Shown here piece by piece: positions 34,580-45,461 of a DNA stretch of 56,212 nt. The notes beneath the pieces are model-generated. The model did no database searches. It was not told the DNA's origin and was given only the letters and a program-made list of their open reading frames with translations. The number at the start of each line of letters is the position of its first letter. The first letter of the stretch is position 1. The position numbers and the translations under genes were made by a program. The stretch comes from Cyanophora paradoxa CCMP329 (taxonomy: Eukaryota > Plantae > Glaucophyta): assembly GCA_004431415.1 (NCBI GenBank), contig QPMI01000620.1, positions 1 through 56,212 of the forward strand, written 5' to 3'.

Positions 34580-36996
34580 ATGGTCGGCCGGGACCACGAC
34601 GTGCTGCACGTCCGCTGCAGCGCGAGCGATGACGAGGATTGCGACGCCACAGGCCACGGCAGAGCCAGCGGCCTGGAGTGCCGCCCGGTGGCGCGCCGCT
34701 GGCTCATGCTCTTCATTTACAGCTGTCTCGCTTGCGCCTGTGATGTGCTCTGCTTCACGTTTGCCTCCGTCAACCGCGCTTCTAAGGATTTCTTTCACGT
34801 TAGCAACTACTATGTGCGTGTTCCCGGCCCCGCGCGCCGACTTTGATCTCGGATTTGATCCGGACTCGCGAACAGACGAACAACCTCGTCTCCGTCTTCT
34901 TCTTCACGTACATACCCCTCAGCTTCGTTTCCACGTTCTTTATGATCCGCGCTGGTCTCCGAACCGCCGTGCGCGCCCCCTGCCCACCCGCTCGCACGAC
35001 TTCGCCGCGGCCCGCCCGACTCCAGCCGGCACAGGTGGTGCTCGGAGGGGCCCTGCTCGCTGCGGGCGCCTGGGTGCGGGTAGCGGCCTGCTACCTCCCT
35101 GACCCCTGGCCCTACTGGGGGGTTCTGGCGGGCCAAACCGTCTCCGCGCTCGGCGCCCCGTTCTTCTCCGCCGCCCCGCCCCTCCTCTCCGCCAACTGGT
35201 TCCCCGAGCGAGAGCGCACCATCGGTGCGAGAGCGAAGCCGTACCCCCACCCGGCTCCCCCCCCGGCTTTTCCGACCGGCTGCCGCCGCCGCCGCCAGCC
35301 ACAACAATCGCTGTGGACGCCACCCTTCTGGGAGTCGCCGTCTCGTTCGCGGCGGGTCCGTACATCGTCGTCGACGCGACGTACATACCGTGCGCCCCGG
35401 CGAAGGATGAAGAAGCTCGGAGCGCCCCACCTGACTTGCCCCCCGCCAGGACGCTCCTCACCGTGTACGCGGCGGTCGTCTCAGTCGCTGCGTTCGCAGC
35501 CGCCGCCCTCTTCGAGTCTGAGCCGCCTGTACCCCCCTCGCATGCCGGTACGCCTCCGTGCCGCATCGCCCCGGCTCCCCTCGACCCGGCGGGGGGATCA
35601 GCGGCGAAGAAGGCGGAGGACGAGGGGCTCGTCGAGGTGCACTGGCGCGACCTTCTCCAAGTGTTCCGGTACCCCCCCCCTTCCGCTATCCACGTATCCC
35701 TTCCAGCCCCTCACGTCGCGGCCCCGCGCCCCCTCCAGCGTCCGAGGCTTTCCAACCGTCGTCATCGGATTCGCGGTGCGCCGCTGAAGTTTACGCTTTG
35801 CCGGCTGTACCCCGTTCTTTGATCGGAGCTGTACCCCCACAGGTCAGCGAGACGTGCATTAACACGCTGCCCATCATCCTGTATCAGTACCTCGTCCCCC
35901 TGGGCTTCCCCAAGGCGCGCACGACCCCGTACCCCCCACCAAGCGCTCCTTGAACCCCCCCGCAGGGGTACGTGGGCTGGCTCGGCGCCCTCTTCGTAGT
36001 CGCGGGCATCGTCGGCAGCATCATCGTCGGGTTCCTGGTACCCCGTACCCCCCTCCAACTCTTTCCCCGTCTTCTTTGCTTTACACCTTCTCTCAGATCC
36101 GGAGCGCCGATCACTTCCGCTGGACGCTGGCCATTGCGTTCGGCGCCTCCTCGGCAGCCATGGCCGTGTTCACTCTCTGCGTCGGGGCCGCCCTCGTGTC
36201 CGCGTACCCCCGCATCTCACTCCCCCCCCCCATTTCTTAGATCTCCTCCGCAGCGACTGGATCACTTATTCGGTCGCGGCGGTGGGGTTCTTCATCGGCG
36301 CCGTGCGTACCCACCTCCCGACCCCACCCCTGGACGGAAATGATGTACCGCCTCTTCGCAGGTCGAGCCCGTCGCTACGGAGCTCGGCGTCGAGGTCGCG
36401 TACCCCGCCCCGGAGGTACCCCCCATCCATCCCTCTCCCACCCCCGCGGCGAATCCTTTACCCCCGCCGCCCGCCAGGCAACGGTCGCCGCGGTCCAGCA
36501 GCTCGTCGGACAGGTCCGTACCCCTCCTCATCGCCCCCCCCCCCCCCCGCCCTCCCCCCTCTTACCCGTCCACTACAGCTCTTCTGCCTCCTCTTCCTTC
36601 CCCTGATTACTATCCTCGAAGACCCGACTTACTTCTCGGTAGCCCCCTTCCTCTTACTCGTACCCCTCCGACTGTGCAAACCTCACCCCCACGGCAGGGG
36701 GGCGGTGCGGCCGCCTGGTTGCTGACGGGCCTCCTGGCCTTTGGCCTTCCCGCATTCGTCTTCTTGTGCGCCGTACCCCCTTCCCCTCTCTCTCGCCGTA
36801 CCCCGTCCCTTTCGCTGACGGGGGGTACAGCAACGGGGAGACGAGGCGGGCGGATCTCGAGAAGGAGCACCTCCTTGCGTCGCACCACTCGGCGGCCGGC
36901 CCCGAGGAGGGGTACGGCACCGCGCAGCCCCAGCGGCTGCCGGGGTTGTACCCCCCGAAAGACGTAATTGGAGGTGCGGGCCCTGGCGCCTGCTGA
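34580..36996 (+). CDS. MFS transporter, SLC49 (FLVCR/DIRC2)-like (multi-exon)
   Basis: RRWLMLFIYS, NNLVSVFFFTYIP, GLRTAV, GAWVR, GQTVSALGAPF..PPLLSANWFPERERT, PPVPPS, ELGVEVAYP. Confidence 0.88.
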
Positions 36997-37404
36997 CACC
37001 GCATGAGCCCGGCGCCTGCCGGCGACCCGGCAGCGGAGGCAGGCTCTCAGACCGTCGCCGCCTAAAGAAAATCCTTTTTACTATAGAATCTCTGCCTTCG
37101 AGCGCAGCTGTACATTCAGCTGTACAGAGTTGAGGGATTCATCCGCATTATAGCTATAGTGAACATTAGGACGTTTCTTGAAACATATGTAGGCCTGCGA
37201 GTTTTGTATGCATGTCTTCGCTTAAGCTTCAACGTTTGTTGTAGTCTTGCTCTATCGAATGCCAGTGCCCCGCGCGCGGATCTCAGAGTTCCGTGCGCCC
37301 CGCGGATCCCGCTGTGAGGTCGGGTCCGGCCAGCATTTTGATTTTCGAATTTCGAAATTCTCGAGTATCGAATTTCAGGGTGGGTACAGGCTCACTTGAC
37401 GACC

Positions 37405-37959
37405 ATGCCGCCGAAGAAGCAGAAGGCCTCGCCGGCCGCTCCTGCGACGTCGACGGTTCCGGATGTGGCCGTGTACATTCATGTGCCCGGAATCGGTAAA
37501 AAAAGGGCGAACATCTTCCAAGTGGAGGCGACCAAGCTCGGTCCGCGCGCCCCCGCCTTCGCAGCGCGCGCGCGTCCCGGGAAGCTCCAAGTCATTCTTT
37601 ATCTCGCGCATGCAGGCTTCGCGGTGCACACGAAGCTCGAGCCGGGCACCACGCATGTCGTCCTTGGTCGCTCGCTCAACGCCTTCCTCGGCGATCTTCG
37701 ACTCAGCGAGGTTCGCGGAGCGGTCTCGAGCACTCGCGCCCGCGCCTTCGCCTGCGCGTATGCTCGCTTGCAGCTGTTCTTCGATTCGCTAGCGCGTCGC
37801 CGGGCCATGTTTTCTTCAAATGCTACCGGTATTGCAAATATTAATGACGCTTGCACTCAGGTTCCTGCCGTGCACTTCGTGCCTCCGGAGTGGATATCGG
37901 CTTGCGCGACAAAGAAAGAGCGGGTGCCGGAGGCGGACCACCCGCTAGCCAGGCCTTAC

Positions 37960-37999
<40 letters not shown>

Positions 38000-40572
38000 T
38001 CCGCCAGGCGACCCTCGCCAAGACGCCGCGGGCGGCAGCGCTAGCGGCCGCGGCCGCGGGTGCCGGCTCGAGCTCGTCGACCTCGTCGCACGCGTGCGAG
38101 CCGGGCGAGTCTAGATCTGCCGCCGCAGCGCTAGCCGCGCCGGAGACCGCCCCGGAGCCGGAGGTCGACCCGCCGCGCCCCGCGTGCTGCAAGCGGCTCC
38201 GCTACGATCTCGACTCCGATTGCGACGCGGCTCCGTCCAAGAGCGACACGGATCCAACACACGTGGTGCGAAGCAAATTTCTGTGTATGCGTACTACTGT
38301 ATGTTCTTTTTTGGCACCGATTTCGAATACTACGTCGCAGTTGCAGAGTGGAACCCAGAACTACGACCCGAGGGACTTCTCACAGGCCGAGGACCGCCGC
38401 CGCCCGCGCTTCGAGACGAACGCGAAAATGTCAGTTGTTGATCTCCGATTATTCGGTCTATTTCGATATCCCTGTCTGAACTGGAGGACAGAGCGGAGCT
38501 GCTGGAGCAGCTGGGTGATTATTGTGAGGCTCGCGGCTTCAACAAAGACATCTTCAAATCCAATGCCTTCACCCGCGCCGGCAGCAAAATTAAGTACCTC
38601 TCTTGCGAGGTGCGCTTTTATCGTCTGGGAGCTTGTGCTAAATATCCGATATCCCGTCTAATCTTTCTCTCTGATTCTGCATCGAAGCTCAGGGTGCCAT
38701 GCGAGGAAGATCTGAAAGACTTCAAGGGCGTGGGCCCAAGCACATTTGCGCTGGCCCGCCAGGACGCGGCATCCTGGCGTGAGTATCGCCTCTGAGTGAG
38801 CGCACCTTACCCGCAGGTCAACGAATATCTCGAGACAGGCAAGATGCAGAGGGTCCGCCTTTCTATGGCCGCCCTTGTCCCTGCAGACATTTCCACGTGC
38901 AATCTAGATCTATTTCCCGCCCCGCGCCCGTTCAGGTCATTGAAATGTCACGCACGGAGCCGCTCAAAACCCTCCGCCTCTTTAAGACCGTCTGGGGTAC
39001 GTAAACGGATGCGCTCGCAATCGCCGCCTGCGAACCCCTCCCGCCTTCGTCTCACTACGCCGCCGCCGCCGCCGCAGGGATCGGCCTGGAGGAGGCTAGG
39101 AAGCTGTACGGCCGGGGGTACAGGACGATCCAGGACCTCCAACTCCACGTGCGGGCCCCGATGCTGACGAATTGTCTATTCATTCTGAAGGGCGTCTGAC
39201 GTGCACGTGCGTCTCGCGGGCGCAGCGGGGCGAGCTCACGAGAGCGCAGCAGATCGGCCTCCGCCTCCGCGACGTGCGTCGTACCCCCGCCAGCTTCCCC
39301 CCCCCCACTCTCCCGCAGGACTTTCTCCAGCGGATCCCGCGCGCGGAGGCGAGCCTGTACCCCCGCCCTCGATGCCCCCTGCCCCTAACTTCGCCCCAGG
39401 TGAAGCGCGTCGAGGACAAGGTGAAAGAGGCCGCTCGGGGAATCGACCCCGGGTTCCTCGTCCAGTGCTGCGGCTCGTACCGGCGCCTCAAGGTCCGAAT
39501 CGGATTAGATTTGATCCAAATTCGATCCGAATTCGATCGCAGCCGGACTGCGGGGACTGCGATGTGCTCGTCAGCCACCCGACCCTCGTGCGCCGGGGCC
39601 CTCCGTACCCCTCTGCTCCTCGGGCTCCTAATCTCGAATTACTCTTTCGAAATCGCAGCATATGGGCGCCCTGGGGGTCCGCCGAAGCGTCGACGTCGGT
39701 TTCGTACCCCCCTGAAGGCTCAGGATCACGTACCCCCCGGCGCTTCGCAGAAAATCGTCGAGTCTCTCAAGGCGAGCGGGTTCATCACGGACACTCTGAG
39801 GTACTTCGCACGGTCATTTGCGTACCCCCAATTTTCCGCCGACCCCTGTACCCCCGCAGCTTCTCGAAGGGCCCCGACGGCCGACCCCCCAGCGCCGATG
39901 CCCCGCCCCGTGCGGTCCACCGCCCTCGAGCCCCGCCCGCCGCCGCGTCGTACCCCGTTCCCCGCCCGACTCGCGTACCCCCAGTCACGCCGCAGCGGTT
40001 CTTCGGGGCGTGCCGCCTGCCGGACGAGGCGGACCCGTCCAGAATGCTGCCCCACCGCCGCCTGGACATCATCGTCGTACCCCACGAGCAGTGGGCGTGC
40101 GCCCTGCTCTACTTGTGCGCGCTCTTCTGCGTACCCCTCCTCGTGTCCCCCCCCCCTCCCCCCGCCCCGGCGTTCGAGCTCGAGGGGTACGGCGCGGGCG
40201 CAGCACCGGCTCGGGCTTCTTCAACCGGCGCATGCGCTTCAAGGTGGGCCGGCCCTTGGCCCTCCGCACTCGTTCCCTCGCTGTGCGTGATCCGTGCATG
40301 TACATGTACCCCCCGCAGGCCCGCACCCTCGGCATGTGCCTCAGCGAAAAGACAGTCCGCTACGTCACCCGCGACCGCCACGTGCGTACCCGCAACCCTA
40401 CCCCTTTCCCCCTTCGCCCGACCCCATGGCCACCCCCTTCCCTCCCGCCTGTACCCCTCCCTCACGGCGCCGGGCGCCCTCAGATGAATATCCTGACTGA
40501 GGAGCCGCCCATCCCCGTCCGCTCCGAGGAGGTCCGCACACGTACCCCCGGCCCCCTTTCCTGTCCGCTCAG

Positions 40573-40613
<41 letters not shown>

Positions 40614-40676
40614 CAGGACGTCTTTAGGGTCCTGGGGATGGAGTACGAGGCGCCCGAGGAGCGCAACCTCGACTGA
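37405..40676 (+). CDS. POLL: DNA polymerase lambda-like (family X) with N-terminal BRCT domain (multi-exon)
   Basis: BRCT (TTHVV..VPPEWISAC), HhH FKGVGP and VWG|IG, LTRAQQIGL, DFLQRIPRAE, CGSYRR, CGDCDVL, HRRLDIIVVP..WACALLY, TGSGFFNRRMR, EEDVF..LGMEYEAPEERN. Confidence 0.92.
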
Positions 40677-41263
40677 TCTCTTAGGCCTCGAGCCTCGGAC
40701 CGGAGGTGCTCGGCGCCGCGGTTTTCTTACGTCGTGTTATAAAAATTATCCTCGAACACGCTCGCATGCATGCGCGCTCGGCAATGATGCCGGCGCTGCC
40801 GCCGCCGCCGCCGCTGATTCTGTCGATGGAGGGCCCGTACGCGTGGTACCGGTCCGGAGCGCGCGGCTCCGGCGCCGGCGCCGGCGCCGGCGGCGCGCCC
40901 AAGGATCGGAGGCCTAGGGGAGGAGCTCGAGGGGCTCGGGGGCGGGCCGTGGCCAGGGGCGGGCAGGGCGGCTGGGCGCGGCCGCGGGGGTTCTGGCTGC
41001 TCATCGTGTGCTCCCCTGGCCATGGCCATGGCGCCGGCCACGGCCTGCTGCTCGTCGAGCCGCTACCTGCCTCCTCCTAGGCTAGGCCCTCCAGGCTTGA
41101 ATTACATGTTTACCTGCCACAGTGCAGGGTGCAGCCTGGCAGGCTGCGCATGCGCTCGGAAAAAGAGTTCAAAAGACTCGGATCATGACACGTGTACATG
41201 TGAATACGTATACGCGGGACTCGTCGGAGGCTCGGCGGAGCCCGCGCCGGCCCCGCCCTAACC

Positions 41264-41338
41264 CACACATATGAATATTCATATTTTAATCCCTCGGCGT
41301 TCCGCCTCAGGATTAAAATATGAATATTCATATGTGTG
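41264..41338. repeat. Terminal hairpin: perfect 29-bp inverted repeat with 17-nt loop
   Basis: cacacatatgaatattcatattttaatcc (41264-41292) / ggattaaaatatgaatattcatatgtgtg (41310-41338); each arm contains the 16-bp palindrome atatgaatattcatat. Confidence 0.95.
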
Positions 41339-41339
41339 A

Positions 41340-41590
41340 TTCGATGTTATATCAATAAAATCGATTAATTTATTTGAATTTTCACATGAATTTTCATATT
41401 TTTAAATGCATTTTCAATTAATTTAATCGATGTTATATCGATAAACTCGATTAATCGATATTGTATCTTAATTGTAGTTAATCGGAATTATATCTATAAC
41501 TTCGATTAATCTTAATTGAATCCTAAATGAATCTAATCGGAATTATATCAATAAATTCGATTAAATCATGTTCTTTTCCGATTAAATCAA
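41340..41590. repeat. AT-rich iterated imperfect palindromes (~30-bp unit x4)
   Basis: tcgatgttatatcaataaaatcgattaat-like units at ~41341, 41428, 41482, 41538. Confidence 0.8.
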
Positions 41591-41725
41591 TTAAATATTT
41601 AACTTTGTTACCATAAGTGGTCTAAGTTGACTCACTTTTCATAAACATTTTGAACTCTTAGTCTTCTTGAATTTCTTAAGATGACTCAACTTAGTCAACT
41701 TAGTCAACTTTGTTACCATAATCAA

Positions 41726-42442
41726 TCAGGGTGGACTCACTTTTAGATCAACTTTGAAATTTCAAGCAAAATCAACTTATATTTCAAAAGTGGATCTTCT
41801 AAGTGGACTCATAATGTTCACTTTGTGATACATTTAAGTTCTAATGCTTACTGTATATGGTCAGGGTTGACTAAGTGGGGGGAGTTGACACATTTTTCAA
41901 AATCTTTTATAGAATATTCTTTGGATCTCAAAATTTCCTCTGAAATTTGAGTCAACTCAACCCACTTAGTCAACCTTAGCATTGAAATGGTCACATTTTT
42001 ATATACATTTACTCCTTTTACGATTAATATGAATCAACCATGAGTCCACTTAGTATTAAATATCAATCAATGTAAATATAAACAAGGGAATTAAGAGGAA
42101 TGCTTATTGAATATGGTCAGGGTGGACTCACTTTTTCATACAAATCGAATTCCCAAGTAAATTTGACTCTAAACTGTTAGGTGGATCTTCTAAGTGGACT
42201 CAATATGTTCACTTTGTGATACATGTTAGCTCAAATCCTTACTGTTTATGGTCAGGGTTGACTAAGTGGGGGGAGTTGACACATTTTTTGAAATCCTTTT
42301 TAGAAAACTTTAGGTCCCAAATATTTCCTGTGAAATTTGAGTCAACTCAACCCACTTAGTCAACCCTTGCATTGAATTCGTAACAAAATCCATATACTTT
42401 TACTACTTTTACGATTAATATGAGTCAACCTTGAGTCCACTT
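41726..42442. repeat. Two diverged direct repeats (period ~390 bp) built of GTTGACT/GTGGACTC motifs in both orientations
   Basis: 41726-42052 vs 42117-42442; each holds ggttgactaagtggg...cccacttagtcaacc inverted arms. Confidence 0.9.
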
Positions 42443-42718
42443 TAATATAAATATAATATAATAGGGGGAATGTTGAGTTTTACTGTAATGAAATCGAATA
42501 GTATTCGAAATCTTACACTTGTAGGTTTAGGATGCATTCATATTTTGGCTACATCATACAGTAGAATTCTATTGTAAAAAATGTCCGGAATCCGGAAAAT
42601 AATCATTGTAGAAAGCTACTGTAGTAAAAGGATATATTATATCCTTTTGTAACAGTAGCTGATCAATGTTAGTTTTAGAAAACAAAGGAATCCTTTAAAA
42701 ACTCATTATAAAAACCCA

Positions 42719-43117
42719 TCAAAACGGGAATCTATCATGTTTATGTCTCTCAGTCTTCTCAAATGTTAAGAAATTCATTGTTTTATCGATCTCATCTGCA
42801 ACTGCTTGTGTTTTATGCTGAGCTTCTTTACCACAACTGAATATATCAATTGCTAACATGCCTTCATTGGAATAACAATGAGCTGTGCAATGGCTTTCAT
42901 CTAATAGCAGAACCAATGCAAAACCAGGAGGTGATATTTTGCCATCAAATATCTCACAGTGTTTATGAACAATCCTAATGCCTTGTCTTAATACTGCTTG
43001 TTCAAGGGTTCCCATAATCCAATTACCTAGGAAGCTTACATGCTCATGTCCTGTTGCAATAGCTGATTTAGCCTTGTAATCAAGCATAACATGAAAGCCT
43101 CTGTATTTAGTCTCCAT
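42719..43117 (-). CDS. speD: Pyruvoyl-dependent S-adenosylmethionine decarboxylase proenzyme (prokaryotic SpeD/SpeH type)
   Basis: 132 aa; GFHVMLD, FDG..PPGFALVLLLDESHCTAHCY..EGMLAIDIFSCG (E|SH self-cleavage site, catalytic Cys in SCG). Confidence 0.9.
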   Translation of the reverse strand: METKYRGFHVMLDYKAKSAIATGHEHVSFLGNWIMGTLEQAVLRQGIRIVHKHCEIFDGKISPPGFALVLLLDESHCTAHCYSNEGMLAIDIFSCGKEAQHKTQAVADEIDKTMNFLTFEKTERHKHDRFPF

Positions 43118-43140
43118 TAAGAATACCTTAGAAAAATTAA

Positions 43141-43413
43141 CTAGTCAAACCTAATGCAAACATCCCTGTACTCTACTTTGATTGATGAAGTAGCCCTTTT
43201 CCTATAAGCCTGAGAATGCTTTTTGTTGCATTCCCTGCAACCTGATCCCTTCACATGATTAAAGGGATATGTTAGGATCACCTTGTTACATTGCAAACAT
43301 CTAACAGATACTTTCTCTTGAGCTTTGATGTAATGTGTCTCACTGTAATCGAATTTATCTTTACCATGAACTGTCATAGCAGCATCAATAAACTTTTTTG
43401 TTTTAGTATCCAT
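43141..43413 (-). CDS. DUF723-like zinc-binding repeat protein (single unit, no nuclease domain)
   Basis: FIDAAMTVHGKDKFDYSETHY..KVSVRC..C..P.NH.KGSGC..C pattern, as in repeats attached to viral homing endonucleases. Confidence 0.75.
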   Translation of the reverse strand: MDTKTKKFIDAAMTVHGKDKFDYSETHYIKAQEKVSVRCLQCNKVILTYPFNHVKGSGCRECNKKHSQAYRKRATSSIKVEYRDVCIRFD

Positions 43414-43435
43414 ACTCTATATATAACCAATATTC

Positions 43436-44268
43436 TTATGGAGCAGTATCCTGCCCGAAAATGGGGAAATATCGATTTGTGCCATAGTATTCAGCATAGG
43501 TATTCTGCTTTGCAATAAAATCGGTTCTCTCAGCATATAATACACACTTGTAGATACCAAACTTGGTGGCTCTCACCAGAAACTGATAGTCTTCCAAACC
43601 GAAATTGACTCCATGATAAGCAATTCCGAAATTATCATATGGGGTGATCACAACTGCAAAATTAGGAGTTCCTCCCTCTGCTTGACAAAGAGCATAAACA
43701 TCTGGTGGAATATCCACAACTACCTTGTAGTGGTCACCAATCTCAACAAGAGAGTCTACTACTGCTGTTTGTTCATTTACTACAATGGGGAATATCTTTA
43801 TAATGTATGGGGCATTCATGCTGGGGACATAGGTTCGAATTCTTGTGTTGGGATCAATGGGATTGGGTTGATCATTCACAAATAAAGGCGCTCCAACAGC
43901 CCCACCAACCCTAAGACCATCACCAATATAAGCTCCCCCCGATTTGCAGTTAATAGCTCCAGACCTAGATTCAAAAGAATAAGTAGAAAGAGGATCTCCA
44001 TAGCTATCTGGGTCTCCATAATGAGCAGAAAAGTTTGCATTTGTCACAAGTAGCTTAGTCGTCTTAACTATTCCATTATTTTTATCACATCTGAGTTCCT
44101 TTAATCTCAGCTTGTGGGTGGAACCAAATGTGTTCATTGTAGGTTGGACCTCTGTGGATTGGAGACCCTCCACATCATCAAAGGTAGCATGCTGTAAAAC
44201 ATGGTTTGCTGGGGCAGCTAATGATAGTTGAGGTGTAATAATTCGTTCAAGTGGGGTTGCTCAGCCAT
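43436..44268 (-). CDS. Fibre-like paralog A (1-nt frameshift near 44254)
   Basis: Restored N-terminus MAEQP(P)LERIITPQLSLAAPANHVLQH aligns with paralogs; KELRCDKNNGIVKTT..SGGAYIGDG. Confidence 0.7.
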
Positions 44269-44291
44269 TTTACATTAAAGGGATATATCTT

Positions 44292-45137
44292 TTATGGGGT
44301 TGGGTCATCAATTACATCTGGCTCTTGGTAAAACCCTGTTTGAGAAAGAGTATCAGGAGTAACACCTCTAAGAGCTGAGACAGCAGCTATATCTGTTCTG
44401 ATACCCATAACTGTAATTGTATATTTTCCAATATCTGTAACAAACAGATCATAGGTGAAATTGTTATTATAAACACAGAACCCTGTGCCAAAATGATCAT
44501 ATCCCTGAACACTGAAATTGTATCTGTGACCTGGCTGGTTATTGTTGGCTCTACATAAAGAAAGCATTGCAGAAGGAATGACCAGCCCTCTCATTACTCT
44601 TTTGGTTCCTTCAATCAATTCAGAGTTTTCAAGTGTGACAGTATAACCTTGGTAAAATTGAATAAGTGGCTGTTGTGCAACTGGTATATATAATCGAATT
44701 CGTTGGGGGTCTTCAACATTCTGCTCAAGAGTATCTGGGACATCATTATACGAAATTGAGGATGAGAGTTGACCTGAAACTCTGCAGCCACCACCAATAA
44801 ATGCTCCTCCTGATCTCACAGTTACAGCAGCAGTGTTTTTATCATAATCAAGGGCTTTCAGATCAACACTGTAAGCATCAGGACCTCCATTAGTAGGCTG
44901 GAAAAAGTTAGCATTTGTGACAAGAAGTCGAGTTGTTTTCACCACACCTGAATTCTTATCAGCTCTCAGCTCTTTAACTCGAATAATCGAATTTTTATCA
45001 AAGGAGTTGCCATTGGAATTGGGTCTCTCTGTGGATTCTAAACCACGAACCTCATCATTTACTTCATGCTGGCGAAAATGCATTGCAGGGGATCCAAGGG
45101 AATATATAGGCAGTTGAACTCGATTATATTCACCCAT
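44292..45137 (-). CDS. Fibre-like paralog B
   Basis: KELRADKNSGVVKTT..SGGAFIGGG; C-terminal head similar to paralog A (IP..LC..F.V..YD.FG..G.Y....RTD). Confidence 0.75.
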   Translation of the reverse strand: MGEYNRVQLPIYSLGSPAMHFRQHEVNDEVRGLESTERPNSNGNSFDKNSIIRVKELRADKNSGVVKTTRLLVTNANFFQPTNGGPDAYSVDLKALDYDKNTAAVTVRSGGAFIGGGCRVSGQLSSSISYNDVPDTLEQNVEDPQRIRLYIPVAQQPLIQFYQGYTVTLENSELIEGTKRVMRGLVIPSAMLSLCRANNNQPGHRYNFSVQGYDHFGTGFCVYNNNFTYDLFVTDIGKYTITVMGIRTDIAAVSALRGVTPDTLSQTGFYQEPDVIDDPTP

Positions 45138-45172
45138 TGCTTCTTTTACTAAGAAGGAAAGAAAAATAATGT

Positions 45173-45439
45173 TCATTGTTCTTCTGTGACAATGTTATAC
45201 TCGATTGCTTTTTTCACAGTCCCCCTTTGGAATGCCTGTAAAACAATAGCTTCCTTTGAGGTTGGTATTTGAACTCCTCCCGAAATGCAAGACTGAATTT
45301 CTTTCTGAACAATCTCATCAATTGCAATTCTTGCTCTGTTGTGGGCTGCATTGTCAATCCAATTCTGAACAGAAGCAGAGCAATATTCCATTCCCAGTTT
45401 TTCAGTATCTGAGAGGACTACTTGGTAGATATTCGACAT
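45173..45439 (-). CDS. Small helical protein of the type found after C1q fibre genes in aquatic tailed phages (putative fibre chaperone/partner)
   Basis: 88 aa; VLSDTEKLGMEY..SVQNWIDNAAHNRARIAIDEI..QAF..G.VK; family recalled from memory, not searched. Confidence 0.6.
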   Translation of the reverse strand: MSNIYQVVLSDTEKLGMEYCSASVQNWIDNAAHNRARIAIDEIVQKEIQSCISGGVQIPTSKEAIVLQAFQRGTVKKAIEYNIVTEEQ

Positions 45440-45461
45440 TCCTATTTTATGGTGAGAAAAT

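Noticed and set aside
14705-40612. Long poly-C/poly-G tracts (e.g. 14705-14735, 18328-18347, 40575-40612) as G-quadruplex regulators or introner elements
   Set aside because: They are intronic low-complexity runs of unreliable length; introns share only terminal motifs, not body sequence
37405-40676. Pol X as part of the viral element or cause of its insertion
   Set aside because: GC-rich, intron-rich, canonical BRCT-Pol lambda host gene; adjacency alone is not evidence, nor is any link to the X-X'-X signature
40681-41261. Short GC-rich ORFs between Pol lambda and the virus
   Set aside because: No recognisable motifs; may be a gene fragment interrupted by the insertion but this cannot be supported
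41256-41264. CCCTAACCC telomere-like motif at the virus junction
   Set aside because: Only 1.5 units in C-rich DNA; cannot be distinguished from chance without other insertion sites
52-41331. Hundreds of long overlapping Arg/Pro/Gly/Ala-rich ORFs in the track
   Set aside because: Expected shadow ORFs in very GC-rich DNA; the real genes are spliced and were identified by motifs
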